Origin: Eledone cirrhosa
Taxonomy: Eukaryota
Direction of reading: 5' to 3'
NCBI GenBank assembly: GCA_964016885.1
Contig: OZ024747.1
Span: forward strand, 27,714,001-27,778,000
Length of the DNA: 64,000 nucleotides
Of this stretch, positions 1 to 13,172 are shown piece by piece. The notes beneath the pieces are model-generated. The model did no database searches. It had not been told where the DNA came from and worked only from the letters and a program-made list of their open reading frames with translations. Position 1 is the stretch's first letter. The number at the start of each line of letters is the position of its first letter. The translations under genes and the position numbers were made by a program.

Positions 1-789
1 TAGTATATTGAAATCTGCTCTCTATTTCTGCTTGATAGATAATCTTGTAGAGTAATGACAGGAATAATAATACGCTCAAATTTTATACCACATTGAGAAT
101 GTTTTCCGTGAATTTAGAGTTTGCAGAGTGAATCAGTTGGATTCGCATGGATGTTTGTAGCTGTCACATAAACATATGAATTTTTTTAAAACTAAACATA
201 AGATAATTAATTTTCACACATTATGGATACTTGTCTCATTCAGGAATACTGATATTTACAATATAGTGTAAGTTTCATAAATACTAATGCATTAAAACAT
301 AGGGTTTTTGCGCCTCGAATATGTCTGGCTATTTTTAAATTTTTTCTCTCGCTATTTTTTTTCCTCTCTCTATATTTTTTTCTCTATATATATCTCCCTT
401 ACATTAATACCTGAGCTAAATAAATAAATAAATAAATAAATAAATGTATCATTGATACATTTACTCAAAATGACCTCCCACTACCTAATTTTCTATATAT
501 ATATGTATCTATCTCTATTTCCTCTCTCTCTATATATATATGTCTCTTTCTGTTTCTTTACATGAAGTTCTTCGCTTTATCTATCTTTCCATCTCTCTAT
601 TTTGTTCCATGCATTTCTTCTTTTTCTTTTTCTTCTTTTCTTCCTTTGCTTCGGTTTGTCTTTCTTTCTTTTTTCTCTCTTTCTTTCTCTCTGTATAAAA
701 TTTTTTCACTGCCAGCGTAAACCTCTTCAAATGAAGTCGGTGTTATTACGGTATGTCGAATCTATTTGTCTATAAAACTGTTTATATTG

Positions 790-855
790 TATTTTGTCTG
801 ATGAAGGCATAGCATATTGTTAATATGATATCCCCGAAATATATATAATGAAATA
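790..855 (+). ncRNA. Type-I hammerhead ribozyme motif (family A) in a short Penelope-like remnant (~690-990)
   Basis: TATTTTGT-CTGATGA(798-804)...GAAA(836-839)-TATATATA-ATGAAATA. Helix I pairs with wobbles, helix III is palindromic, helix II is weak. Same family at 30353 and 43511. Confidence 0.6.
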
Positions 856-1071
856 AATATGGTTTTATAAATATAGTTTTCCATTTATTTAATATTGTAA
901 ATATACTCCAAATATTTGTCGAGTGCTTTTATATCAGTTATAAATATTTACTAGTTGTAACCCAACAATTTTAAATATAACTTTACATATATAATATATA
1001 TATATATATATATAATATATAATATATATATATATATAATATATAATATATATATATATATAATATATATA

Positions 1072-1123
<52 letters not shown>

Positions 1124-1999
1124 CACACACACACACACACACATAGATAGTGAGAGAGATCATATCAAATATGACCATATATTTTTTGTTTAATCTACGA
1201 TGAATTTAGTGTACGTATATCTACAGATTATAAAGCTTGCTTTGAAAACGTTAATAAATGTGAAAATATTTCCATTACTCTCTTTATACACAAAACTTAA
1301 AAGATGCCTTCAAATGTTTCACGTCTAGCTAGCTGATCATCAGAAAACAAGTACTTTTATCATTCTGCCTTACGAAGAAAATGCTATTTAGATTAAACAC
1401 AAACCAGAACACAACTAAAGTGGCCGGTCTAATCTAATTTGCATCATGTGCATATACCGTCGACGTAATGAATAAAATAATTAATATGTATGCACAGTAT
1501 ACGAAAAGGCTTTTAGAGCCTTGATATATCCGGATCTGAAGTCCCTAAGGCAGTCTGACATTGTCTTGGCACTAATGACACCGCGGAAGTTGCCAGAACT
1601 TATGCAATGACACTGGCGCCAAGCTATACCAGTCCTTGTCCTTCCATTGAGCAACATCAATGTTGTCAAGAGGAAGAAAACATTGTAGTGTAGCCCCACC
1701 CGCTAGACTTTGTTTCCTCATAACTTTCTTAATAATGCATATATTTTTGTTGTTGTTGATCAAAGCGAGGAAGCGGTACACAGTAAACTCCATAAAGACA
1801 GTGTGCAATTTAAAATACTACAAGTATTTTAAATTGCACACATACTTTATGGACAACCTGTATATGTCATCATGGCATGGGTTGAGTGGGTTGTTACATC
1901 CGTGGCTAGACTGGTCGGAGAGACCTAATCTTGCTCATACGTTGCAGATTTAGCATGGCTTCTATGGTTGATTGCCCTTCCTAACACCAACCATTATAT

Positions 2000-2165
2000 A
2001 TGAAAAGATTCAGGACCCCGACGGAGTTCGGATCAAGCTGTTGAAACGGCCGGAGCTCAGCCGTCGGGGTCCTGAATGTTTTTCATATTACCCACTCTAC
2101 TACCCCAAGTATCGAGTACTCTGGTGAGTAATGGTCTAACTGGTTTTTACCACCTCCAATCATAT
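2000..2165 (+). repeat. Short TA-embedded dispersed repeat (family E) with a 5' fold-back
   Basis: GAAACGG..GAGCTCAGC(C/T)GTCGGGGTC...ACCCACTCTACTACC.CAAGTAT.GAGTACT is shared with 42830-42890, 49881-49945, 50432-50565, 56940-57085 and 58470-58510. Confidence 0.7.
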
Positions 2166-2245
2166 ATATATTCATTATCATGGTGAAGTGATGAGTCTTG
2201 TTACTCTGAAGTTTCACCTAACCTATGTTCTCACTGGATCATGAG

Positions 2246-2299
2246 ATTGTCTGATGATCCTGCGAATAAACAGGTCAGGTGAAACTCGCGAGTAACCAT
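2246..2299 (+). ncRNA. Type-I hammerhead ribozyme motif (family K)
   Basis: CTGATGA(2251-2257)-TCCTG...CAGGT-GAAACTCGCGAGTA. Palindromic helix III ACTCGCGAGT, GUA cleavage triplet, helix I partly eroded. A related fold-back copy lies at 25185-25290. Confidence 0.6.
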
Positions 2300-2382
2300 T
2301 AATAGAAAAAATATTTAAACAGAATACTCATGCTCACATCCGTCAACATCACTTGGGTATATATATATAGATAGATAGATAT

Positions 2383-2502
2383 GTTTCTTTATTAGCCACA
2401 GGGGCACAAAAGAAGGGGACAAATATATATAGAGAGATAGATAGATAAATAGATAGATATGTTTCTTTATTAGCCACAGGGGCACAAAAGAAGGGGACAA
2501 AT
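2383..2502 (-). mobile_element. Two ~42-bp 3' tails of a Tx1-like LINE within (GATA)n
   Basis: The minus strand reads ...CCCCTGTGGCTAATAAAGAAAC followed by (ATCT)n, twice with a 78-bp period. It resembles the 3' end of the full element at 34280 (CCCTTGTGGTTAATAAAGAAAAC). Confidence 0.55.
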
Positions 2503-2529
2503 ATATAGATAAATAGATAGATAGATAGA

Positions 2530-2624
2530 TAGAGTCCTCTAAAAATGTATACACACTTTGAAAACCTGTACAGGTAATATTTATTAGAATGTTGTTTAAG
2601 TGTGTATACATTTTTGGGACACTG
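2530..2624. mobile_element. Tc1/mariner-type MITE (~95 bp)
   Basis: TIR of the form CAGTGTCCCAAAAATGTATACACACTT with a TA flank. A second copy lies in the opposite orientation at 58296-58421. Confidence 0.6.
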
Positions 2625-3699
2625 TATACATACTCACTGTATACATACTGTTTTACATACATACATAACTATACCATTCAAGAGTGGGAAGGGGGTGAAG
2701 TGTATGTGTTTATATATATATGTATGTGTGTGTGTGAGTGCGTGTGTGTGTGTAGGTGCCTCTACCTACACTGTTCCGTCTCCTGGAGTACCTCACTCGA
2801 TCTTCTCAACTATTATTATTATAGTGATTTACGTTGAGGCGACCACATTTCAAATTTCACACATACACCCACCCACGTGTGTGTGTGTCCCCCCCCCCCC
2901 CCCGACCGTAATATATACAAACAACTTTTACTTAAAATAAATATATATATATATAACCAAAGATTAGTATGGTTCGTTGATTAGTCAACAAATACAATTT
3001 TACAATAGATTAGAAGCACTCAACATATTTATACACACACATAGTAGGTTCCGTAAGCTGTTGGTCACGCCTTGAACAACATACATTCACATGTCTGCTC
3101 TATAGCTTTTAATAATAGTAAGAACCTAGCTCTTAGTCACGGCATGAACATCACACATTCACACAACCATGTGTCTATTACTAATAATAAGAGCTAAGCT
3201 CTCGGTAACGGCATGAATGTCACACATTCACACGTCTGTCGTATTAGAAAATACATCAATTGTCACAGTAGAGTAAGGGGTTAAAAGCTGAAACAGACTA
3301 AGAGTTCGCATCCTGGTTTCAAATCCTATACATGTCTTCCTCTATCTCATTACACAATTTTCTACAACGGAAAGAAACATTAACAATACAACTTCCAATT
3401 ATATATCCTTGTTCATTCTTCCAATTAACTTGAGTTTTGTTTTTAAATGAACATAGAGGATTGTGTGAGAAAAAGAAGGTTTAGGGGTCGGGTATGGTGT
3501 ATGTTAGGTACTCAGCTGACATATAAACTAATCGACAGTTAACAAGCTCCGGTTAGACATTAACTATACTATACAATGTAAACGATTGAATGATTAAGAA
3601 AACATTTTTATACAAGATTAGAAGTGATTTAATTTCTAAAACACTAAAAATATGTGTTTATGTATACATCATATTCTATTTTGAAACCATTTGGCCATA

Positions 3700-3865
3700 G
3701 ACTGTAGCATGGTTGTGTTGTTTAGAAGTTCGTTTCACAACCGTGGTTTCGGGTTCAGTCCCACTGCGTGGTACTTTGGGGAAGTGTATTCCACTGTAGC
3801 CTTGGGTTGACTAATGCCTTGTGTGTAAAGTTTGGTAGACGGAGACTGAAGAAACCCGTCGATAT
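3700..3865 (+). mobile_element. tRNA-derived SINE, 5' part (older family)
   Basis: A/B-box-like head (GGTTCAGTCCC) followed by a CORE-like segment. Related copies at 48010-48125 and 60180-60290 (minus). Confidence 0.6.
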
Positions 3866-3881
3866 TATTATATATGTATGA

Positions 3882-4066
3882 GTGGATTGGCAGTATCGGT
3901 AGGGAGTCGGACGCCATGCTTTCCATCATAGTTACGTCCCTTTACGATCTGAGTTCAAATCCCGCCGAGGTTCACTTTGCCTTTCATCCTTACGGGGTCG
4001 ATAAAATAAAGTACCAGTAATGTACTAGGTATTTGCTGGCCTTGTGCCAAAAGTAGAAACAATTAT
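3882..4066 (+). mobile_element. tRNA-derived SINE with a Meta-type central domain
   Basis: B-box GAGTTCAAATCC, then GCCTTTCATCCTTACGGGGTCGATAAAATAAAGTACCAG, then tail GGCCTTGTGCCAAAAGTAGAAACAATT. At least 8 copies occur in the window. Confidence 0.85.
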
Positions 4067-7000
4067 TATGTATGTGTGTGTAAAAGTAGAAACAATTATT
4101 ATGTATGTGTTTGCCCGTGTCTGTATTTATGCCTGTCACAATGTTAGGACTACCCATTCTTCTTCTCTCAGTACATATATAAAGTTGTAAACATTCTTAC
4201 TCACCTCCATGCTTGAGGAATGTATTAATTGTTTTGGTTAGTTATGTTTAATACACCTCTACTTAATTGTTGGCGCCTCTTTAGTAAAATCCGTATTTAG
4301 GCTTGTTAAACAATCCATAAATTACTATTGTAAAAGTATCAATATTAATTACTCCATGCTTCTATTTGTGACTTTAAATCTCATGTTTCATAAGCTAAGA
4401 ACATACATAAATCCGGTTGTTATAAGCACCGAGTAAATATGCGCTCGTGTGAACTATCAACTAATGTGTCCAGGGTGTTTAGCTGGGCATACAAAACTGA
4501 AATGACCAACTTAATGTCTTATCTTTGACCCTGTGTTTGTGTTTTTTTTTAATCTCAGTTAGATGTGAACCTGACCAGTGAGAAGCTGTTATTGCCTGGC
4601 CATGACACCCCTGCCTCGAGAAAAACCTATTACAACAGGGCAGAGGAGTGTTGCTCATTGACAGAGAGAGAGTGTGTGAGTGTAGGAGTCATTTCCTCTA
4701 AGCGTGAACCTAATAAAACTTTGTAATTTTGCATCCCTGTGTTTGTTTTGTTTCTTTTATCAATTATAAATATATATGAATGTATGTGTGTGTATATAGT
4801 GAGAAAGAGGAGAATTAGATAGAAATGAGTAAAATATAGGAGGGACGGAGAAATGGAATAAATGAAGGAGGGAGTAAAAGAGTGTTTAAGTAGAAAGCGA
4901 AAGAGAAGTAAAGGATGGGAAGGAGTATTTAAACAGAAAGGGGTGGAGAGGAATCAGAGCGAAAGAGAGTGTTTGTGTGTGTGTGTAAATAGAGAAGAGG
5001 GGGAGATAGAGAAATAATGAGCCGGTGTGAAAAACAAGAAAGAGAATGAGGGCAAGAAACAAATAATAAATTGAGAGTAAAAGTAAGAGTAGGAACGGGA
5101 GGGGAAAGATACAGAAGTAATAAGTAATGGGTGTGAAATATAGATAGAGAGGGGAGAAAGAGAGAGAAGAAGCAGACAGACAGAGAAAGAGAGAGAGGGT
5201 AAAATAAACAAGAGAGGCGGAGAAAAGTGATCGGCTTTGAAATAGAAAAAATAACTTTGGTGTTGAATCTGAACCGAAGACATTAGTGGAGTGATATACA
5301 TGTGTATGTGTGTAGCATAGTTTTTATTTTTTATTTTTGTGTCTGGGTGTATACACGCTTGTAATTTTCTGTTTGTATGCGCGCATGCAAATACCTGTGT
5401 TTGTGTAATTTTCTGTACATGTGTGTGACTATCATAGCTACTGTAGTGTGACTATATATATAAGTATGTGTTAACTCTTTATATGTCTGGGGTATGGATT
5501 TTGTGCAATCTCTAGCATGACGAACAAAATACCTCACCTGCTTTTTTTTATGTTCTAGGTTCGATTCCAAGTCGACTTTGCCTTTCATCTTTCCGGGGTC
5601 CCAGAATAAGTCTTTCTGAGATGATCTAAGCAACTATAGACACCTACCCACCCACATCCTCTCCTTCAAATTTGAGGCCTTGTACTTATGCTAGAAAACA
5701 ATATTTCGTGTTTATGTCTCCAAGTTAATGTAGGTTCGATTCCAAGGAGTTAGGCAGGCTGATAGTGTCAGCAATAGGAAGACCAACTTTCATTGGTTCT
5801 GTCTGACTATCGGCGACTATCTTTTTTATATATGTTTGTATACGCACTTGAATATTTAGCGCCCTTGGCGAGCTCTACAATGTGCGCCCACTTCTCCCAG
5901 TTATACGTCCCATTGTTTCAAATAAAATCATTTCAGCTTACAGTTTGGCAAGCTGACAAACCTAGATTTTGACATTTCTTGTCCTAACCACTCTGAATCT
6001 GCACTTTAGACAACTGCCTAGTTGGCCTTAAAGGTAACACATGCCTTATATATGTGTGAGAGAGAAGAGGGGGTAAGGACTTGGAGAAGGGCTAGGCCCG
6101 CCATTACCTGATTCAAATGATTGCAACAGAGCAACCTCTGCAAAGTGTACCCAAGGTCAAGGTGGTGGTGTTAGATTGGATGATGAATTAAGTCTACCAC
6201 CGTTGTAAGTAGGCCATAGCAGGATTTGAACTAAAAACACAATAAGCTGGGACAAATACCACAAGGCATACCATCTGATAAAGTAATGGTTCTGCCAGTT
6301 CAACACCCGAGACTGGTGGTACTTTATTTCATTGACCCAGAAGTATGAAAGGCAAAGTTGACCTCCATGGGATTTGAACTCAGACTGCAAAGAGCTGGAA
6401 CAAATAAATGTCTTTTTTTTATATATTGCTTAGTTTTCTTTTGTAACTTTTTCTTCTGTTGATTTGACCAAGCTGACGAATGAAAAGAGGCATTCCAGCT
6501 GTCGCACTCCTGTCTTCAAACATAAGTTTATCAAGGACTACACTATCCAATGTATACTTTTTAAGACAGTAGGCTGTGATTCCAGAAATAGTTGACTAGG
6601 TTTAGCAAAATATCTCTGGATTTAGAACCAACTCACCACCACAGTTACATTAATCCAGTAGTCTGGTACCAATGTATCATCACTGTTGCACCAACACACT
6701 GTCATTGCACCAACACAGTATAATCTTTGCATCAATGCACCACTACCATTGCACTATCCCACCACTGTTGTATCAATATCCCACCATACACCAATGCACC
6801 ACATGTGTTGCATCAATCCAGTGCTCTTAGTCCTATGCACCACTACTATTACATTAATGCATTTCCACTGTTACACCAATGCACCACCCATTACACCTAC
6901 ATCAATTCACCGCCTTGCACTAACACTGTTACACCAATCCACCACCAATGTTGCACTGATGTGAACACTTCGATAATGGACTAGTGACTAACAGTTTAAT

Positions 7001-7669
7001 GTGGATATTAAGGTTATCTTCGTTGAACATAACATATTTCTCTCTCTCTCTCTGCTTGTATGTCCTCATTACCACCACCACCACCATCTCTTCCACCAGT
7101 TCCCTCCTTTTTCTTTATAATTGTCTATCTCCCAGTAACACCACCACCACCATTCATTAAGTCTACTTACTTTAAACTGTCTTTATGAAGGTGTATCAAT
7201 GTCTTGTCTTTTTTGTATACCACTTCACTAATCCTTTAAAACCTCCCCGCCCCGTCTCCTCGGCTATAATTGCTCCAGACAACAGTTTCAACCTAACACA
7301 CAACACTACGAAATACACATCACTCAACATATAACGCACACAAATTAGCAGTGGCGGTGGGGGTTCTGAAAGTACAATTCCCCACCTTATCCCTTCCCTA
7401 CTTACTTCCCCCATCCCTACCTTGCTCAGTCATCTGTTTCCGCATCTCACCCATGCTAACATGGAAAGCCGGGCACGCCCCACCTCGTATCACGATAAAA
7501 TGCTCGGATGGTGTTCTAAAGCATGGAGGCCATGCTAAAATAGAACGTATGAGTTAAGTGTAATAACCTGTTTGGCTTGGACTCAGAGCAAGACAGCTCG
7601 ACAGAGAAAACATACATTTAAGGATGATGATGATGATTCACTCCCCCTCCCTCCCCTTTCACATCCCTG

Positions 7670-7900
7670 ATGCACTGGTGACATGATAGAACACACCCAA
7701 TCCACCCTGTAAAGTGGTAGTGCTGATGCCACGCCCCCTAAAACACCCAGTCAACCATGTAAGATAGTCGCACTGGTGTAACGACCCCCCCCCCCCCCCA
7801 AACAGTCCACTTTGTAAGTGGTAGTACTGGTGCTACGAAAATAACTCCCAGTACACGCGGTAAAGTGGTTGGCGTTAGGAAGTGCGTAGAAAACCAAGCC
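7670..7900 (+). repeat. Tandemly reiterated SINE 3' module (4 degenerate units)
   Basis: Repeats of (g)CTGGTG..ACG...CCCAGT..AC.CTGTAAAGTGGT ending in GGTTGGCGTTAGGAAG. Confidence 0.55.
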
Positions 7901-8149
7901 AAAAATGGAATCGAAATCAGTGTTGCTGCATATGCAGAAATTTTATTTGCATATTACAATTGTTTCGATATCGATCAGCTCAGGGTACAATCAAGGGGAC
8001 GGGACCCCGACTCTTTTTCGACATCGAGCTTATATGTGCAAAAACACATCTAACACACACACACACATATTTATATATGCCCAGATTCAAATATAGACAC
8101 ATTTCTATATATTAATAATAGAGCTTCAGCGTTGAGCGAGTTTTCTGTT

Positions 8150-8180
<31 letters not shown>

Positions 8181-8210
8181 AGATCAAAAGATGGTTAAAA
8201 GAGTTCCAAG

Positions 8211-8281
8211 TATTTTATTATGCGCATTTCAAAAACAAATATCATCATGAGATGATATCAGCGTTTTCATCAGATAAAATA
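8211..8281 (-). ncRNA. Type-I hammerhead ribozyme motif (family B)
   Basis: Minus strand: TATTTTAT-CTGATGA-long helix II-GAAATGCGCATA-ATAAAATA. 8-bp helix I and palindromic helix III ATGCGCAT. Confidence 0.75.
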
Positions 8282-9149
8282 GGGATACATGATATGAAGG
8301 TTAAAAAACACTTGTGAATAGTGAAGTTTTAAATCAAGATATGTTGATTTAAAACTTCACTATTGTATATAAACTGAATAAATGTAAATGTATATAAACT
8401 GAATAAATGTGTTTTAAGACAGGCAACAAATAACGGCTATCTAGTCTGTTTAAAAAGATAGCCGAGAGAATAATTGGAATTCATGTCAGCCGATACCAGC
8501 CATCATTGAGTGTCGTGTTACAACATAATCAGATGACGACAGCAGCATTGACGAGAGAAAGCTCCTTATCTTAAACATGAACTTCTGGCTTCAGCTGATG
8601 ATAATATAAACAAAAATTTCAACAACAGACGAGAAAGACGCCTGTAGCGTGGTAGTGCGTTATGACGGCATGCCTGAATGATAATAATGTTGACAGGAAC
8701 GGGGAGTGAGCAAATAATATAGTTTCGCCATCGAAAATATAAAACATTTACTCCGATATTATTCACACATTTTTATGCATTTAAACTATTCTAATAAATA
8801 TATCACTTTTGCACTCATATTTCTTTTAGAACGCGCGCGCGCGCGAGTAAGTATGTATGTATGTCAGGTCGGGTCTCTCATAGGTCCGGTTCCTGTCTGC
8901 TACTGCTACCATATAGCCGTGTACAACCTGTTTCATGTTCGGGTTGTCGGCGACTAAACCCGCTCGCCCATCAGTCCCTATACTTAGTATATTCTGTGGA
9001 ACACACAGAATCGAAGACGAATTCATATACTAAGCATATCCTTTCGATTACAGAGTCAGGCTCAATCTATAATAGGTCTTGCCTCGAGCTGATTGATACT
9101 GAAACATATGTAATATGTTATGATGCAACACTAACCATTGTTCCTTATA

Positions 9150-9189
<40 letters not shown>

Positions 9190-9191
<2 letters not shown>

Positions 9192-9815
9192 TAGCAGAAT
9201 GGCCCGGCGTTACTCGGGATTTGCTCTAGAGTTCTTATATATTTGATATATATTTATCCTTATCGAGCCTCGTGAAATAAATAAGTTTGTTTATATTTTG
9301 TTATTGTGTATGCAAAAATATCTGTACACGGATATATAATTATATATATATATATTAAAATAACAGATTAAAATTTAAGCAAAGAATCGCTGCTTTCACC
9401 CTTAACGGGATCTTCTGAAACTAAAAAAAAATCAATGTGAACGCAGAAGTAAATATTTCGAAAAACGTTACACACTATATATATATACACACACTATATA
9501 TACATATATATACACACACACAGATAGCGTCGTCATAATGTCGTAATGCAGACAGCCAGACATACAGACAGATATTATAAGGGCGCAACGTTATATCTAT
9601 GTATCTATCTAAAAAGACAGACTAAGAATTATAGAAAGATCGCTAAATCGTCTAATGCGGTCCCTGGGGCATTGAAAATTTGAAATCATTTTTTTTGCTT
9701 AAAACACTCACAGGACGAAGTATTACATGTGTAAAGTTTGAAAATAATCGGTTGGGTGGTTCTCGAGTTTTAGGGAGTCAGACAGACAGACAGACAGACA
9801 GTCTCTGTTTTATAT
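9190..9815 (-). mobile_element. Non-autonomous Helitron
   Basis: Minus-strand 3' end CCCGAGTAACGCCGGG hairpin plus CTAG. The 5' region carries (TGTC)n after a TA run. Confidence 0.6.
9372..9422 (-). ncRNA. Hammerhead-like motif with a CAGAAGA core (U4A)
   Basis: AGTTT-CAGAAGA-TCCCgttaaGGGT-GAAAGCAGcgattctTTGCTT-AAATT. The same core occurs at 13955-14005. Confidence 0.5.
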
Positions 9816-9820
9816 ATATA

Positions 9821-10330
9821 TACTAGCAGAAAACCACCCGGTGGGCGGTTTTCTGCTAGCAAATCTAGTGTATATACTGATATTGTTGAGATTTGGATGA
9901 GAAATGTTTTCGGCACCACATGTTCACCGTCTCTCGGTGTGTCTTTTATGCATGTATAAATATATATGTTATCTATACGGTGAAATCTTTGAAATAAATA
10001 TATGTTAAAACGAAAAAGGAGAAAAAGAGATTAGTGACGGAAATATAAACGTTATGATACATAAACGTTATGATATAACGATGGAAATATATAAACGTTT
10101 ACGATAAAACGATGGAAATAGAAACGTTTATATATAATGATAAGCCGAAACACTCGTAAGCCGAAACACTCGTAAGTCGAAACACTCGTAAAGCGAAACG
10201 TATAAATAAAGATTAATGTAATGAATTTGAAAAGCATAGAGATTTGAAACCGTGTCTATTTGTTTCCTTGGCATTTTTTACAGACGGACAGACAGACAAA
10301 CAAACAGAGAAATGCCCATTATATATTATA
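9821..10330 (-). mobile_element. Second non-autonomous Helitron-like element, abutting the first
   Basis: TACTAGCAGA end plus a (GACA)-rich opposite end. The terminal 37 bp (9823-9859) form a near-perfect palindrome. Confidence 0.5.
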
Positions 10331-10594
10331 AGTAGACTTGGCATGGTGTCAAGTCAGAACCGCCTGGAACTGGTTACTCTGGCTTGTGCAATGTGTCTCT
10401 ATAGCAACCAGCGATTCCCTCGGCCTCAGTGACCAAAGTCAGTGGAGAGGGGAAGGTAATGTTTCTATAGCGACAGTGTTTCTCTTGGTAGTACCAAAGT
10501 GGAGAAAGGAAGGAGAAGGTAATATTTCTGTAGCACCTACATTTGAGTTTTAGGGAAGGACAGACAGACAAACATAGAAATGCCCATATATTTC

Positions 10595-10632
<38 letters not shown>

Positions 10633-10638
<6 letters not shown>

Positions 10639-10930
10639 TAAACAAATAATGAATAAACAATTCCTTATATTAAACAAAAAAAGTTCATTATTTAACGATC
10701 GTTTCTAGGATATATATGTGTTAGAGTTGGCATGCATATTCAACAGATCTATGTACAAAATTATACAAAATTATACAAACTATCAAGATTAAATATACAT
10801 ACCAACACATATTGTGTGTGTATGTATGTATATGTCTATGTGTGTATATATATATGTATGTATGTGTGTGTATGTATCTATGTATATGTATGTATGTACA
10901 TATATGTCTATGTATGTGTGTATGTATGTG

Positions 10931-10969
<39 letters not shown>

Positions 10970-11169
10970 TTATTTTTTTTATATATATGTGTGTGTGTGT
11001 ATGTGTGTGTGTGTGTGTATATATATCTTTGTATATGTGTATGTGTATGTTCGTGTAGGTGTATGTGTGTGTATGACTATATATGTATGTGTATGTGTGT
11101 ATGTGTGTATATATATCTATGTGTGTGTACATGTATGTATGTGTATGTATGTGTATGTGTGTATGTGTG

Positions 11170-11230
<61 letters not shown>

Positions 11231-11541
11231 ATGTATATATATATATATATATATGTTTCTCTATTTGTATATGTATATGTGTATGGGTATATACCTTTTT
11301 CTTTGTATGTCTGAGTTGTGTGAGAGTGTAGTGGTGTTTGTATGTATATACCGATATATAGATGCGTAAGTATTTGTCTGTATGTATGTATATATGTCTG
11401 TATGTATTTGTGTGTATATATAGGTATGTATGTGTATATCTGTATGTATATATGTATGTAAGTGTATGTATATGTGTGTGTATGTGTGTATATATATGTG
11501 TGTCTATATAGTATGTATGATTATATGTGTATGTATGAGTG

Positions 11542-11584
<43 letters not shown>

Positions 11585-11742
11585 ACATATATGTGTATTT
11601 ATATGTATGTGTGTATATGTATGTATGTGTGTATATGTATATGTTTATATATGTGTGTGTATGTATGCTCTAAGTGTGGATGTGTGTATATGTATGTATG
11701 TGTTTGTATATGTGTATGTATATATATGTGTGTGTGTGTGTG

Positions 11743-11781
<39 letters not shown>

Positions 11782-12765
11782 TCTTGATATATTTCTTTTT
11801 TCTTTTTTCTTTTTTCTTTTTCTTTTCTTTCCTTTTTAATGTTTATTTATTATTTATTATTTATTATTTTTTATTTTCTTAGTTTATAGATACATCTATA
11901 TTAAGCAGTCAGCCCAAACCGTTGAATACTGACCTCTCCCCCCCCCTCCCACCTAATTTCTGTATCTTTATCTAAATGTGTGTGCCAGTGTTTATGTGAG
12001 TGAATTAATATCCATGTGCTTAGGATTTTATATCCACATATATATATGTGAGTGGGGGTGTGTGTGTGTTTGTATGTTCGTAGTTTATGTGTATGTTTAT
12101 GCATATACGCGCGTGTATGTGTGATTGTACGGATATGTGTTAGTATGAAAATATGTGTATACACTTATTTCATATTTATGTATCTATACGCATCTTATCT
12201 GTGCATTATAAACTTACAGAGACATTAACCTTGAAATTTTGTATTTGCATCCATCCTTTTTGTATGCGTATACAGGTTGTGCATACATTTTTGTAAAATA
12301 TGTGTAAGGGTTGTTACATGTATATACACACACCGAACTGCATTAAACCTTTTGTATTTTCATTGGTCAATTTTGTTCCCAAACGGACCTGAAAGTTTGA
12401 ATTGTTGTTATTATCAATAAATATATTTCATTATTTCTGAAGACGGCGTATATATGTGTTGGTATGTATATTTAATCTTGATAGTTTGTATAATTTTGTA
12501 TAATTTTGTACATAGATCTGTTGAATATGCATGCCAACTCTAACACATATATATCCTAGAAACGATCGTTAAATAATGAACTTTTTTTGTTTAATATAAG
12601 GAATTGTTTATTCATTATTTGTTTAATATTTTATCTTGACTCTGTATACCGTTTATCTTTCACCGAAAGTGATTTTTCATTACATCTCTTCTTTCCATGA
12701 TATCCGGAATACATTGAGTTCTTCATACGGATTGGACACTACCGTAAACTCTTGGTAGATTTATC

Positions 12766-12770
<5 letters not shown>
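10633..12770 (+). mobile_element. Penelope-like non-autonomous element with ~180-bp inverted repeats
   Basis: 10633-10812 is the reverse complement of ~12453-12633. Both outer flanks are (TA)n. The element contains a hammerhead at 12427-12580, and its tail is shared with 15620-15820. Confidence 0.6.
12427..12580 (+). ncRNA. Type-I hammerhead motif with a 115-nt helix II (family C)
   Basis: TTCATTATTT-CTGAAGA(12437-12443)...GAAACGATCGTT(12559-12570)-AAATAATGAA. Perfect 10-bp helix I and palindromic helix III. The insert base pairs TATATATGTGTT with AACACATATATA. Confidence 0.6.
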
Positions 12771-12834
<64 letters not shown>

Positions 12835-12982
12835 CACACACAGAAATGTATATATATTTCTTAGAACAAAATTATTATTAATGTTTTGCTGTTCATAACA
12901 ATTGGAATTGAAAAGTTACTTTTGAAATTATTAGTTATTTTACTAATGCTTAGATATGTAAAAATGAAGCAATGTTTCTAAT

Positions 12983-13172
12983 AATTGTTTCTACTTTTGG
13001 CACAAGGCCAGCAATTACCCAGTACATTACTGGTACTTTATTTTATCGACCCCGTGAGGATGAAAGGCAAAGTTAACATCGGCGGTATTTGAACTCAGAC
13101 CGTAAAGGGACGTAACTCCATGCTATGAAGCATGGTGTCCGACTCTCTACAGATTCTGCCAATCCACCGCCC
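12983..13172 (-). mobile_element. tRNA-derived Meta-type SINE
   Basis: Reverse complement of the 3882 family, full length. Confidence 0.85.
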
